A stretch of DNA of 64,000 nt, taken from contig CBDFIQ010000001.1 in the NCBI GenBank assembly GCA_965248195.1, positions 480,001 through 544,000 of the forward strand, in the 5' to 3' direction. Within the stretch, counting starts at the first letter, position 1. Each line of letters begins with the position of its first letter. Origin of the DNA: Longimicrobiales bacterium (GTDB lineage Bacteria > Gemmatimonadota > Gemmatimonadetes > Longimicrobiales > Gaopeijiaceae). The position numbers and the translations under genes were made by a program. Below are positions 9,530 to 19,780 of this stretch, one piece after another. Below the pieces are notes generated by a model. The model was not told where the DNA came from. It searched no databases and was given only the letters and a program-made list of their open reading frames with translations.

Positions 9530-10010
9530 CGCGACGATGTAGAGCAGAATGGTTGGAAGTCTGTTAATGCCGTGCCGCCTTTGATGACGCCTAACGTCTC
9601 TGCGATTCTGATCTTATAAGGCGAAAGGCTGACCTCACTCGAGCGTGGCGTTACGCTGATCTTGCTCAAAGGCCTGCGGCACCCAACCCAAGGAGGCCAG
9701 CCATGTTTGTCGCAGGAATCGATGCTCACGCAACGTATTCGGTGATCGCCATCGTGAGCAATACAGGTCAGCTCGTGGCCGGACCCATCCGGATCAAGAA
9801 CACACAAGAGGATCGACTCGATGATCTACTTCAGCAGTATCAGCCCCTGGAGGTGGTCGTCGAGACGAGTCCGGCCTGGCCGTGGCTCTTCGATCGACTC
9901 CAAGAGCGGGGGATCGACTTCGTGCTCGCTCACGCCAAGCGGCTCCGAGTCATTGCCGAGTCCAACTACAAGAGTGACGACATCGACGCCGAGTTGTTGG
10001 CGCGTATGCG

Positions 10011-11386
10011 GGTAGTGTCCCTAGATTTGTGTAAAAGCGGATAAGCTGGACAGGAGGGAAAGAAAAACGGAAGCTCCTCTGTTGTTGTTCACTGTCACAT
10101 GAACCCGGGAGTCCGGGTCTGCAGAGCAGGCTCGGAACCGGAGAGGAGCTTCCGATGCAAGAGATTGTGGAGATCGGTCGGGCCACGCAAGACGAGCTAC
10201 GCGATGATTTGCGCGAGCTGTTTCAAGGCGCGATCCGGCTGACGCTCGAGATGGTGCTGGAAGAGGAGCTGAAGGCCATGGTAGGTGCACGCCGCTTCGA
10301 GCGGGTGGGAAGCCGGAAGGACCATAGGAACGGCACATACCTGAGGCGGCTGCTGACGAGCCTGGGGCAGATCGAGGTCGCCATGCCCCGGAGCCGGGAC
10401 AACGGTTCGCCGGCCGACGTGATCGGCCGCTACCAGCGCAGGAGCCCCGAGCTCGACGAGATGATGGTCGAGGCGTATGTGAGCGGCGTGTCACAGCGCA
10501 AGATGGGCGACGTCACCGAGGCGCTGATGGGCGAGCGTGTTGGGCGCTCGACGGTGAGTCGTGTGGCAAAACGGCTCGACGAGGCCGTGGAAGGGCTGCG
10601 CCGTGCGCCGATCGAGGGGCCTCACCCCTATCTGTACCTGGACGCCACGTTCTTGGACGCCCGCTGGGCCCGCAAAGTCGAGAACGTGAGTGCGCTCGTG
10701 GCGTATGCAGTGGGCCCTGAGGGTCACCGACGGCTCCTGGCCGTCACGCTGGGCGCTGAGGAGTCGCAGCAGAGCTGGTCGGAGCTCCTCGAGCAACTCC
10801 AGGACCGCGGCCTCGGCGGTGTCGAGCTCGTGATCGCCGATGAGCACGCAGGCCTGGCAGCTGCGGTCCGCCGCTTCCTGCCCGAGGCACGCCGTCAGAG
10901 GTGTACGGTCCATCTGCAGCGTAATGTGGGGGCGAGGGTCCCCCACCGCCTACGCAAGCGCGTGGCGCGTGAGGTCTCGGTGATCTTCCAGACATCCGGA
11001 CTCGCCGAGGCGAAGAAGCTCCTGGGCGAGTTCGGCGCACGCTGGAAGAAGGAGCTGCCCGAGGCCGTGGAGGTCCTGGAGCGGGGCTTCGGGGCAGCGA
11101 CGCAGTTCTACGCGTTCCCCGAGGCGCACTGGCCCCGGCTGCGTACCACCAACAGCCTCGAGCGGCTGCACGGCGAGATCAAACGCAGGATCAAGGCCGC
11201 CGGCGCCTTCCCGGACCGGGCCAGCGCCCTCAGGCTCATCACGGCCGTCGCACTCAGGACCACACACGTCTGGGGCGACCGGCGTTACCTCGACCTCTCA
11301 CTCCTCCAGAAACAGGAGGTCGCCCAAGCAGCCTAGCCGAAGGCGAGGAGCTTCCTCCGCTTTTACACACAAATCGGGACTTGACC
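10011..11386 (+). mobile_element. IS256-family element with 8-bp TSD CGTATGCG
   Basis: TSD at 10003-10010 and 11387-11394. Confidence 0.96.
10155..11336 (+). CDS. IS256-family transposase
   Basis: Same protein as 3169-4350. Confidence 0.95.
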   Translation: MQEIVEIGRATQDELRDDLRELFQGAIRLTLEMVLEEELKAMVGARRFERVGSRKDHRNGTYLRRLLTSLGQIEVAMPRSRDNGSPADVIGRYQRRSPELDEMMVEAYVSGVSQRKMGDVTEALMGERVGRSTVSRVAKRLDEAVEGLRRAPIEGPHPYLYLDATFLDARWARKVENVSALVAYAVGPEGHRRLLAVTLGAEESQQSWSELLEQLQDRGLGGVELVIADEHAGLAAAVRRFLPEARRQRCTVHLQRNVGARVPHRLRKRVAREVSVIFQTSGLAEAKKLLGEFGARWKKELPEAVEVLERGFGAATQFYAFPEAHWPRLRTTNSLERLHGEIKRRIKAAGAFPDRASALRLITAVALRTTHVWGDRRYLDLSLLQKQEVAQAA

Positions 11387-12124
11387 CGTATGCGACTCGC
11401 GGGCCTCATCCCCGAGGTCCATCCGAAGTGCGTCGAGCAGCGGGAGCAGGCGGTACTGCTACGCAACCGGGCACGACTCGTACGCGAACGCACACGCATG
11501 GTGAACCGCATCCATGCCCAGATCCACAACGTCGGGCTTCATCTGGAGCGTGGGCGTCTGCTCACCCAGGATGGACGCCAGTGGGTGCATGACGTGGCGT
11601 GGCCGCTGCTCGGAGCCGAGCGGCGTCTGTTCATCGACATGCAGTGGGAACTCATCGACCAGATCGTGCCGATGATCAAAACGCTTGATCGCAGGGTTGA
11701 GCACGTAGGCCGCAAGGTCCCCGCTGTAGCTCTGCTCGAGACCATCCCGGGCGTCGGTTCCTATCGGGCATTGCTCATCGCCACCGAGACGTTGCCCATC
11801 AAACGATTTCGTACACCGGGGCACCTGGTCAGCTACGCCGGTCTAGCCCCTCGCTCCTCACAGTCAGGGCTCCGGCCCATCCGCCACGGATCGATCCCCG
11901 CCGGGGCCAACCGTTGGCTGAGGGGCACCTTCGTCCGGACCGTCGTGAGCCACGTCACTCACGCGCCCGACAGCTGGCTATCACAGTCGTACGAACTGAT
12001 CAGGCAACGGCTCGGGTGGCAGGTCGCTCGGGTCGCTACCGCTCGGCGCCTCGCTCGTGCTGTGCACGCGATGCTCCGTACGGGTGAGGTCTGGCACGAT
12101 GAACCCGTGGCTCGATCAAACTGA

Positions 12125-12451
12125 GATGACACACGATGATGGACCGTACCACGACAGGGGTGAGCTCCGCGCGCAGCATGTCGCACGACGACCCTCAGAT
12201 TCTGATTGAGCCCCCCGCTCGCATAGCAGATCTTCGGACATCCCCGCGCTGGGATGAAACCTGAATAGATGCCTGAGTTCCTCGTGAGAGGAGACTCACC
12301 CAAGATCGGACGCGACGTTGGTACTGAAGGATGAAAAACGGAAGATGATCACGCAGGCCTTGAGCTACAGACCAGTGGACCGAGCCACCCCTCCGGGACC
12401 CCGGACGGGTAAGGGAGGGCTACGCCCTGTTGACTCCCTTCACCTTATAGA
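12125..12451 (+). ncRNA. Candidate bridge/seek RNA region of IS1111 copy 1
   Basis: 327-nt end with hairpins and target/donor-matching segments; RNA boundaries unknown. Confidence 0.7.
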
Positions 12452-13076
12452 TGCTGCGCGGCTAATGTGGTGACCGCGGGCGAAGCGCGCGAGCGTGATA
12501 CCTACCGCGACAGTAGCGATCGCTTGTTAGACAGCGCTGAACCCGAGGTCGGCACTTGGATAGTTACCGCCGACCTCGCCTCCGTGGGCGGCCAGGACCT
12601 CTAGGACGAAATCAGTCTTGCCGTTCAGGTACGCAAGCCGGACGGTTCCGACTTCCTCCGCAAGGCGTTGCTTCAGTACCGCGTACTGACGGGCTATCTC
12701 CGAGTCCCCTCGGAGGGCATCGCGGAAGATCAACGTGTTGCGGGAGTAGCGAGAACTGGGTTCAGCCAACGAAACGTGGTGCTTTCGGAGGCCGTCGAGC
12801 GTGCGGGGGAAATAGTGTCGGTCCGGCAGGTCATCCTTCGCGCGATACTCGAAGCCCAGCGACTCTAGGGTCGGGACCACGGCCAGGGCCTCCACGAGAT
12901 CTGGAACCCCCACGAGAATGTCGACGATGGGCTTGGCCTCTAGTCCTGGAACCGACGTACTGCCCACGTGATCCACAGAGATGATCCACCGCGGGAGCCA
13001 GCGGATGAGTTCTCCACGAACCCGCTCGAACTCGAGCGGAACCTGTCAACGACAATGGGACACTCTACGGGATTAA

Positions 13077-14084
13077 TTAGAGAGCAATATCCTGTGTGGT
13101 GAGGGAAGGGATGGGAGGATTGATGTAGACGGCCTCCGGGAGCGGTTTGGGCTTCGGCACACCTGTGACGAAGCGTTCGGGATGAGCGGCCCATGCTTCG
13201 CGGAGCACGGATTTCCTGCCGGCAATGACCTGATCGGCGTTCCCGAAGTGGACCTGCTCGGGGGTTAGCATCGAGATACCGCCATGGCGGTGCTCGGCAT
13301 TGTACCAGCGGAAGAACGATCGACACAACGTCTTGGCCTGGCCCTGATCCCCGAACCGCCCGGGAAACGAGGGATGGTACTTCAAGGTTTTGAACTGAGC
13401 CTCGGAAAACGGGTTGTCATCCGACACCTGAGGCCGGCTCAACGAGCGAGTCACGCCGAGGTCAGCGAGAAGTTGAGCGGTGCATTGGCTCGTCATTGGA
13501 GCTCCCCGATCCGAGTGCAGGGTCAGGACCCGGGGCTGGACGCCATGCTTCAGGCAGCTCTGCTGGATCAACCGGCCGGCCAGGGCCGAGTTCTCCCGGT
13601 CCGCCACCATCCAGCCCACGACGTAGCGGCTGTAGATGTCCATGATGACGTAGAGGTAGTAATAGCTCCACTTCTTCGGCCCGAGTAGCCGCGTGATATC
13701 CCAGGACCACACCTGGTTCGGCGCCGTGGCCATCAACTCGGGCTTCTTGTACTCGGGATGGGTGCGCTGCGCCCGGCGTTCCTGAACCGGCACCTCGGAG
13801 GCCAGAACACGATACATCGTGCGTTCGCTGCACAGGTAGACCTCTTCGTCGAGCAGCGTGGCCACCACCTCGGCGGGTGAGCGGTCCACGAACCGCTCCG
13901 AACACAGCGTGTCGAAGACCTCGCCTCGTTCCGTCTCGCTCAATGCCCGGGCGGGCGTCGGGCGGGGCTGCCGTTGCCCGGTCGATGGGCCTCGACGACG
14001 GTAGAACGTCGATCGGGAGACCTCGAGAGCCGCGCACGCCGGTTTTACACCGACGTGCTTAGCCAGCTCATCGGCCGCCTTCAA
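13077..14084 (-). CDS. IS3-family transposase OrfB
   Basis: Same protein as 1531-2538. Confidence 0.9.
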   Translation of the reverse strand: MKAADELAKHVGVKPACAALEVSRSTFYRRRGPSTGQRQPRPTPARALSETERGEVFDTLCSERFVDRSPAEVVATLLDEEVYLCSERTMYRVLASEVPVQERRAQRTHPEYKKPELMATAPNQVWSWDITRLLGPKKWSYYYLYVIMDIYSRYVVGWMVADRENSALAGRLIQQSCLKHGVQPRVLTLHSDRGAPMTSQCTAQLLADLGVTRSLSRPQVSDDNPFSEAQFKTLKYHPSFPGRFGDQGQAKTLCRSFFRWYNAEHRHGGISMLTPEQVHFGNADQVIAGRKSVLREAWAAHPERFVTGVPKPKPLPEAVYINPPIPSLTTQDIAL

Positions 14085-14530
14085 GAGTTCGTCCCGTCGT
14101 CGAGGCTTATCCCCAGCAGCCCCGCAACTTTTCCCTGCACGTCGATGATCAGGTGTGCCTTCCTGAGCTCATTCTCGAGCCGTGCGTTTTGCCGCTCCAG
14201 CTTGCGTACCTTCTCATCCAGCGGATTCCGCTCCGGCTTGCGGCCGCGTTTCTTCGACAGGGCCTTCAGCGACCCGCTATGCGCCGCCTTGCGCCACGTC
14301 GTCAGGTGCGACGAGTACAGGCCCTCGCGCCGCAGGAGCTGACCCACCTCGCCGGGCTCGGTGCACCGGTCCGCTTCTTCGACGATCCGCAGCTTGTACG
14401 ATGGACTGAACCGCCGGCGTAGCGGCCTATCTACTACCTCCGGGTCCGCAGGAGCTGCCGCGCTTCGCTTGGCCTCCCCGATTCCAGGGGCACTACCATT
14501 CTCTTCCATTCTCTCTCGCAGTCCCAACAT
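14081..14530 (-). CDS. IS3-family transposase OrfA
   Basis: Same protein as 2535-2984. Confidence 0.85.
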   Translation of the reverse strand: MLGLRERMEENGSAPGIGEAKRSAAAPADPEVVDRPLRRRFSPSYKLRIVEEADRCTEPGEVGQLLRREGLYSSHLTTWRKAAHSGSLKALSKKRGRKPERNPLDEKVRKLERQNARLENELRKAHLIIDVQGKVAGLLGISLDDGTNS

Positions 14531-14815
14531 GTTCGTTTTCTCTGCCTTCGCCCTACTCTAATTCTTTGCGTGCTCCGTGTCTCACGTACGTTGGCAGAGA
14601 GGGAGCGGCCAAGCCTCATCGTACGGGCGCACGACAATCCCGGCGCCCTTCTCCATCCCGACGGAATCGGAAGACTGCATCAATGCCCCATACGTGGCGC
14701 GTTCTAACGTCTCTGCGATTCTGATCTTATAAGGCGAAAGGCTGACCTCACTCGAGCGTGGCGTTACGCTGATCTTGCTCAAAGGCCTGCGGCACCCAAC
14801 CCAAGGAGGCCAGCC

Positions 14816-15853
14816 ATGTTTGTCGCAGGAATCGATGCTCACGCAACGTATTCGGTGATCGCCATCGTGAGCAACACAGGTCAGCTCGTTGCCGGACCCA
14901 TCCGGATCAAGAACACGCAAGAGGATCGGCTCAATGATCTACTGGAGCAGTATCAGCCCCTGGAGGTGGTCGTCGAGACGAGTCCGGCCTGGCCGTGGCT
15001 CTTCGATCGACTCCAAGAGCGGGGGATCGACTTCGTGCTCGCTCACGCCAAGCGGCTCCGAGTCATCGCCGAGTCCAACTACAAGAGTGACGACATCGAC
15101 GCCGAGTTGTTGGCGCGTATGCGACTCGCGGGCCTCATCCCCGAGGTCCATCCGAAGTGCGTCGAGCAGCGGGAGCAGGCGGTACTGCTACGCAACCGGG
15201 CACGACTCGTACGCGAACGCACACGCATGGTGAACCGCATCCATGCCCAGATCCACAACGTCGGGCTTCATCTGGAGCGTGGGCGTCTGCTCACCCAGGA
15301 TGGACGCCAGTGGGTGCATGACGTGGCGTGGCCGCTGCTCGGAGCCGAGCGGCGTCTGTTCATCGACATGCAGTGGGAACTCATCGACCAGATCGTGCCG
15401 ATGATCAAAACGCTTGATCGCAGGGTTGAGCACGTAGGCCGCAAGGTCCCCGCTGTAGCTCTGCTCGAGACCATCCCGGGCGTCGGTTCCTATCGGGCAT
15501 TGCTCATCGCCACCGAGACGTTGCCCATCAAACGATTTCGTACACCGGGGCACCTGGTCAGCTACGCCGGTCTAGCCCCTCGCTCCTCACAGTCAGGGCT
15601 CCGGCCCATCCGCCACGGATCGATCCCCGCCGGGGCCAACCGTTGGCTGAGGGGCACCTTCGTCCGGACCGTCGTGAGCCACGTCACTCACGCGCCCGAC
15701 AGCTGGCTATCACAGTCGTACGAACTGATCAGGCAACGGCTCGGGTGGCAGGTCGCTCGGGTCGCTACCGCTCGGCGCCTCGCTCGTGCTGTGCACGCGA
15801 TGCTCCGTACGGGTGAGGTCTGGCACGATGAACCCGTGGCTCGATCAAACTGA
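14816..15853 (+). CDS. IS110-family DEDD transposase/recombinase, 345 aa
   Basis: GIDAH, VVET, KSDDIDA; LETIPGVG; SYAGLAPRSSQSG; AGGAGG RBS. Confidence 0.96.
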   Translation: MFVAGIDAHATYSVIAIVSNTGQLVAGPIRIKNTQEDRLNDLLEQYQPLEVVVETSPAWPWLFDRLQERGIDFVLAHAKRLRVIAESNYKSDDIDAELLARMRLAGLIPEVHPKCVEQREQAVLLRNRARLVRERTRMVNRIHAQIHNVGLHLERGRLLTQDGRQWVHDVAWPLLGAERRLFIDMQWELIDQIVPMIKTLDRRVEHVGRKVPAVALLETIPGVGSYRALLIATETLPIKRFRTPGHLVSYAGLAPRSSQSGLRPIRHGSIPAGANRWLRGTFVRTVVSHVTHAPDSWLSQSYELIRQRLGWQVARVATARRLARAVHAMLRTGEVWHDEPVARSN

Positions 15854-16180
15854 GATGACACACGATGATGGACCGTACCACGACAGGGGTGAGCTCCGCG
15901 CGCAGCATGTCGCACGACGACCCTCAGATTCTGATTGAGCCCCCCGCTCGCATAGCAGATCTTCGGACATCCCCGCGCTGGGATGAAACCTGAATAGATG
16001 CCTGAGTTCCTCGTGAGAGGAGACTCACCCAAGATCGGACGCGACGTTGGTACTGAAGGATGAAAAACGGAAGATGATCACGCAGGCCTTGAGCTACAGA
16101 CCAGTGGACCGAGCCACCCCTCCGGGACCCCGGACGGGTAAGGGAGGGCTACGCCCTGTTGACTCCCTTCACCTTATAGA
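15854..16180 (+). ncRNA. Candidate bridge/seek RNA region of IS1111 copy 2
   Basis: CGCGCAGCA 15899-15907, GATTCTG 15927-15933, ATAGATG 15994-16000 and AAGATC 16031-16036 match target or donor. Confidence 0.75.
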
Positions 16181-16324
16181 TGCTGCGCGGCTAAGATGCC
16201 CTCCGCAAGCGGAGCGCGCGAGCCTGATGCTTACCGCGACCGCAGCAATCGCTTGTTAGAACGTGCCTAGCAACCTTTGTACTACAGATGCACTCTTCTC
16301 AACAAAACACCCGGGAATCATCAC

Positions 16325-17017
16325 ATGCAGCCAATCGGTCCCGTTGAGCCCGATCTCGTGACCATTCCCGCCGGAGACTTTCTCATGGGAAGCGAAACCG
16401 GCGCCGGTAATGAAAAGCCAGTGCACCGCGTATGGGTGGATGCCTTTGCGATCGCCAGATATCCCGTGACGCGTCGAGACTATGCGGCCTTTCTCGAAGC
16501 CACCGGGCATCCGCCAACAAAGTTCTGGGGTGATCCCAGATTTCAGCTCCCGAATCAGCCTGTTGTGAGTCCGAGTTGGTTCGACGCTGTTGCCTACTGC
16601 GATTGGTTGTCCGGGCAGACCCGCAAACACTACCGTTTGCCCACAGAAGCCGAGAGGGAAAAAGCAGCTCGCGGCGGGCTGGAAGGGTGCGACTATCCCT
16701 GGGGCAACGAGCCACCGGAAGACTTGCGCGGAGTGAACCCGCCTCTAGAAGAAGTGGGGACAGAGGGTCCCAACGGCTACGGACTTTACAATATGTCCGT
16801 CGGCGTGCACGAGTGGTGCTCGGATCGCTATAGCCCGAACTATTATGAGGCGTCTCCAAACCGAAACCCCGAAGGACCCTCCGGCGGCGACCGTCGTGCA
16901 GCACGCGGAGGGGCCTGGCGGCATGCCGTCCGGTACTCCCGCTGCTCGGCGCGAAGCAGCATCGGCCCAGAGAAGACGTTCAACGATTTCGGCTTTCGTT
17001 GTGCCCTGACGCTTTGA
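16325..17017 (+). CDS. Formylglycine-generating enzyme (FGE-sulfatase/SUMF1) domain protein; cassette in reverse orientation
   Basis: FLMGS, RLPTEAEREKAARGG, YPWG, PNGYGLYNM, GFRC. Confidence 0.92.
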   Translation: MQPIGPVEPDLVTIPAGDFLMGSETGAGNEKPVHRVWVDAFAIARYPVTRRDYAAFLEATGHPPTKFWGDPRFQLPNQPVVSPSWFDAVAYCDWLSGQTRKHYRLPTEAEREKAARGGLEGCDYPWGNEPPEDLRGVNPPLEEVGTEGPNGYGLYNMSVGVHEWCSDRYSPNYYEASPNRNPEGPSGGDRRAARGGAWRHAVRYSRCSARSSIGPEKTFNDFGFRCALTL

Positions 17018-17367
17018 CTGCGGACGAGACGGCTACTCGATTAGGCGAGGTCTCATCCCCCTTAATGACACCTCGAAACGCAACCAGATTGGCGAAGAAA
17101 TCCCGGCTCAGCCCCGTTAAGGCGGCCTGTTCCTCGATTCGGTGGTGGCGCTCCTCCCAGCATGCCTGGATCCCAAAGCCCGATCGCTACTCCCTCGACC
17201 GTGATCCGGAGCCTCGGAATGTCAGGTGCCCGTTACCTGGCTGCCGGGGCGTGGCCTAACGGATTTGCGATTCTGATCTTATAAGGCGAAAGGCTGACCT
17301 CACTCGAGCGTGGCGTTACGCTGATCTTGCTCAAAGGCCTGCGGCACCCAACCCAAGGAGGCCAGCC

Positions 17368-18405
17368 ATGTTTGTCGCAGGAATCGATGCTCACGCAACG
17401 TATTCGGTGATCGCCATCGTGAGCAACACAGGTCAGCTCGTTGCCGGACCCATCCGGATCAAGAATACGCAAGAGGATCGGCTCAATGATCTACTGGAGC
17501 AGTATCAGCCCCTGGAGGTGGTCGTCGAGACGAGTCCGGCCTGGCCGTGGCTCTTCGATCGACTCCAAGAGCGGGGGATCGACTTCGTGCTCGCTCACGC
17601 CAAGCGGCTCCGAGTCATCGCCGAGTCCAACTACAAGAGTGACGACATCGACGCCGAGTTGTTGGCGCGTATGCGACTCGCGGGCCTCATCCCCGAGGTC
17701 CATCCGAAGTGCGTCGAGCAGCGGGAGCAGGCGGTACTGCTACGCAACCGGGCACGACTCGTACGCGAACGCACACGCATGGTGAACCGCATCCATGCCC
17801 AGATCCACAACGTCGGGCTTCATCTGGAGCGTGGGCGTCTGCTCACCCAGGATGGACGCCAGTGGGTGCATGACGTGGCGTGGCCGCTGCTCGGAGCCGA
17901 GCGGCGTCTGTTCATCGACATGCAGTGGGAACTCATCGACCAGATCGTGCCGATGATCAAAACGCTTGATCGCAGGGTTGAGCACGTAGGCCGCAAGGTC
18001 CCCGCTGTAGCTCTGCTCGAGACCATCCCGGGCGTCGGTTCCTATCGGGCATTGCTCATCGCCACCGAGACGTTGCCCATCAAACGATTTCGTACACCGG
18101 GGCACCTGGTCAGCTACGCCGGTCTAGCCCCTCGCTCCTCACAGTCAGGGCTCCGGCCCATCCGCCACGGATCGATCCCCGCCGGGGCCAACCGTTGGCT
18201 GAGGGGCACCTTCGTCCGGACCGTCGTGAGCCACGTCACTCACGCGCCCGACAGCTGGCTATCACAGTCGTACGAACTGATCAGGCAACGGCTCGGGTGG
18301 CAGGTCGCTCGGGTCGCTACCGCTCGGCGCCTCGCTCGTGCTGTGCACGCGATGCTCCGTACGGGTGAGGTCTGGCACGATGAACCCGTGGCTCGATCAA
18401 ACTGA
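17368..18405 (+). CDS. IS110-family transposase
   Basis: Same protein as 14816-15853. Confidence 0.96.
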   Translation: MFVAGIDAHATYSVIAIVSNTGQLVAGPIRIKNTQEDRLNDLLEQYQPLEVVVETSPAWPWLFDRLQERGIDFVLAHAKRLRVIAESNYKSDDIDAELLARMRLAGLIPEVHPKCVEQREQAVLLRNRARLVRERTRMVNRIHAQIHNVGLHLERGRLLTQDGRQWVHDVAWPLLGAERRLFIDMQWELIDQIVPMIKTLDRRVEHVGRKVPAVALLETIPGVGSYRALLIATETLPIKRFRTPGHLVSYAGLAPRSSQSGLRPIRHGSIPAGANRWLRGTFVRTVVSHVTHAPDSWLSQSYELIRQRLGWQVARVATARRLARAVHAMLRTGEVWHDEPVARSN

Positions 18406-18732
18406 GATGACACACGATGATGGACCGTACCACGACAGGGGTGAGCTCCGTGCGCAGCATGTCGCACGACGACCCTCAGATTCTGATTGAGCCCCCCGCT
18501 CGCATAGCAGATCTTCGGACATCCCCGCGCTGGGATGAAACCTGAATAGATGCCTGAGTTCCTCGTGAGAGGAGACTCACCCAAGATCGGACGCGACGTT
18601 GGTACTGAAGGATGAAAAACGGAAGATGATCACGCAGGCCTTGAGCTACAGACCAGTGGACCGAGCCACCCCTCCGGGACCCCGGACGGGTAAGGGAGGG
18701 CTACGCCCTGTTGACTCCCTTCACCTTATAGA
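18406..18732 (+). ncRNA. Candidate bridge/seek RNA region of IS1111 copy 3
   Basis: As copy 2 with a C>T at 18451. Confidence 0.72.
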
Positions 18733-18850
18733 TGCTGCGCGGCTAATGTGGTGACCGCAAGCGAAGCGCGCGAGCCTGATGCCAACCGCGACTGCAGCAA
18801 TCGCTTGTTAGGCAGCTGGCGGTGATCGGCCAACTCGCAACGCTCGGGAC

Positions 18851-19780
18851 TCAACCCACCGGATAACAAGCGAGGTCCTCGCCGACTCTCACGACTCCGT
18901 CGTAGCGAGTCCTGACCTCAGTAACGCCCTCCTCGAGGTCCCCAACGAATAGGTGACTGAGGATTAACTGTTCGACGTCCGCGTCCGCAGCAACTTGGCC
19001 AACGACGTCGGGGGTTGCATGGAAATCGAGCGTTTCCCCCGATGCCGTGGGGGAGACTGCCAGGTGCATCACCAAAGCCGAGGCGTTGCGTGAAAATGAG
19101 ACGAAGGCTGGGTCGCTGCCGGTCTGATCACCGCTGAACACAACGCTCACGCCCTGAGCCTCCACCCGGTAGGCGAGCGAGGGGACATTCGCATGCGGCA
19201 CTGGTAGCGCACGCACCGTCAGACCCGCTTCCTGCAAGATCACGGTGGAGCCAGCCATTTCGACATCAACCATTACCGGGTCGAGACGCACGCCTCGCCC
19301 TGGCCCGCCGAGTGTGCCGCCGAGAATCTGAAAGGCACCAGCCTCCGGATCGAAGAGCCGCGAGAGAAACAGGTTCAGCGGTGGGTAGGCCTCGTTTCCG
19401 GAAGGACCCGCGATACGAAGTGGCTCTTGGCGGAGGCCATCACTCAGCCAGAGAATGGCGGAAAGGCCAGAAACGTGGTCTGGATGAAAATGGCTGAGTG
19501 CGAGGAGATCCAAGTCCGCCAGCTGCGCGCCCGACTCGCCGACGCGCAGAAACGATCCTCCACCTGCGTCCACCATGATCCGGGAACGACCATCGACCCA
19601 AACCACATAGCTAGACGAGGCTCGACCCGTTCCAGCGCGTGGGCCACCAGACCCGAGGACCTGCACGGCCACGCCGGTAGCGGGGCACTGCTCTTGATCG
19701 ACGACGCAGGACGATGCAAAAAAAACGAAGAGGAAGCATGTCGTGTGGAACACCCGCAAGTTGAGACCCATATTCGGCAT
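18851..19780 (-). CDS. MBL-fold metallo-hydrolase (RNase Z/arylsulfatase-like) with signal peptide (cassette)
   Basis: VLGSGGP, VDAGGG, SHFHPDH, FSGD, LSH motifs. Confidence 0.9.
   Translation of the reverse strand: MPNMGLNLRVFHTTCFLFVFFASSCVVDQEQCPATGVAVQVLGSGGPRAGTGRASSSYVVWVDGRSRIMVDAGGGSFLRVGESGAQLADLDLLALSHFHPDHVSGLSAILWLSDGLRQEPLRIAGPSGNEAYPPLNLFLSRLFDPEAGAFQILGGTLGGPGRGVRLDPVMVDVEMAGSTVILQEAGLTVRALPVPHANVPSLAYRVEAQGVSVVFSGDQTGSDPAFVSFSRNASALVMHLAVSPTASGETLDFHATPDVVGQVAADADVEQLILSHLFVGDLEEGVTEVRTRYDGVVRVGEDLACYPVG

Larger units (their letters stand above)
9703..12124 (+). pseudogene. IS110 transposase disrupted by IS256
   Basis: N-part 9703-10010 and C-part 11395-12124 rejoin to give the 345-aa protein. 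Confidence 0.92.
9611..12451 (+). mobile_element. IS110-family (IS1111 group) element copy 1, interrupted by IS256
   Basis: Ends ATCTTATAAGGCGAA and TTCACCTTATAGA (sub-terminal IR); TG on both sides. Confidence 0.95.
9589..12532 (-). repeat. attC site 5, split by IS1111 copy 1 (arms 9589-9610 and 12452-12532)
   Basis: Removing the IS and one TG restores a 101-bp attC. Confidence 0.9.
13038..14603 (-). mobile_element. IS3-like element copy 2, complete, 1566 bp, 3-bp TSD AGC
   Basis: GGAACC-TGTCAACG...CGTTGGCA-GAGAGGG; removal restores the GrpB frame. Confidence 0.93.
12527..14680 (-). pseudogene. GrpB-family (UPF0157) nucleotidyltransferase-like cassette gene, split by the IS3-like element
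   Basis: Rejoined frame reads VVRPYDEAWPLEFERVRGEL...DHVGSTSVPGLEAKPIVDI. Confidence 0.9.
14724..16180 (+). mobile_element. IS110-family (IS1111 group) element copy 2, intact, 1457 bp
   Basis: Short left end, transposase, long right non-coding end, sub-terminal IR, no classical TSD. Confidence 0.96.
14702..16261 (-). repeat. attC site 6, split by IS1111 copy 2
   Basis: TTCTAAC...GATTCTG | IS | TGCTGCGCGG...GTTAGAA. Confidence 0.9.
17276..18732 (+). mobile_element. IS110-family (IS1111 group) element copy 3, intact
   Basis: 1457 bp, near-identical to copy 2. Confidence 0.96.
17254..18813 (-). repeat. attC site 7, split by IS1111 copy 3
   Basis: GCCTAAC...GATTCTG | IS | TGCTGCGCGG...GTTAGGC. 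Confidence 0.9.

Noticed and set aside
16159..16182. Circle-junction promoter using TTGACT as -35
   Set aside because: No convincing -10 at 16-18 nt in the predicted junction; left uncalled
16047..16259. Small ORF in the IS1111 right end (also 22744-22983)
   Set aside because: Runs across the IS boundary into attC with a variable tail; the region is better explained as structured RNA
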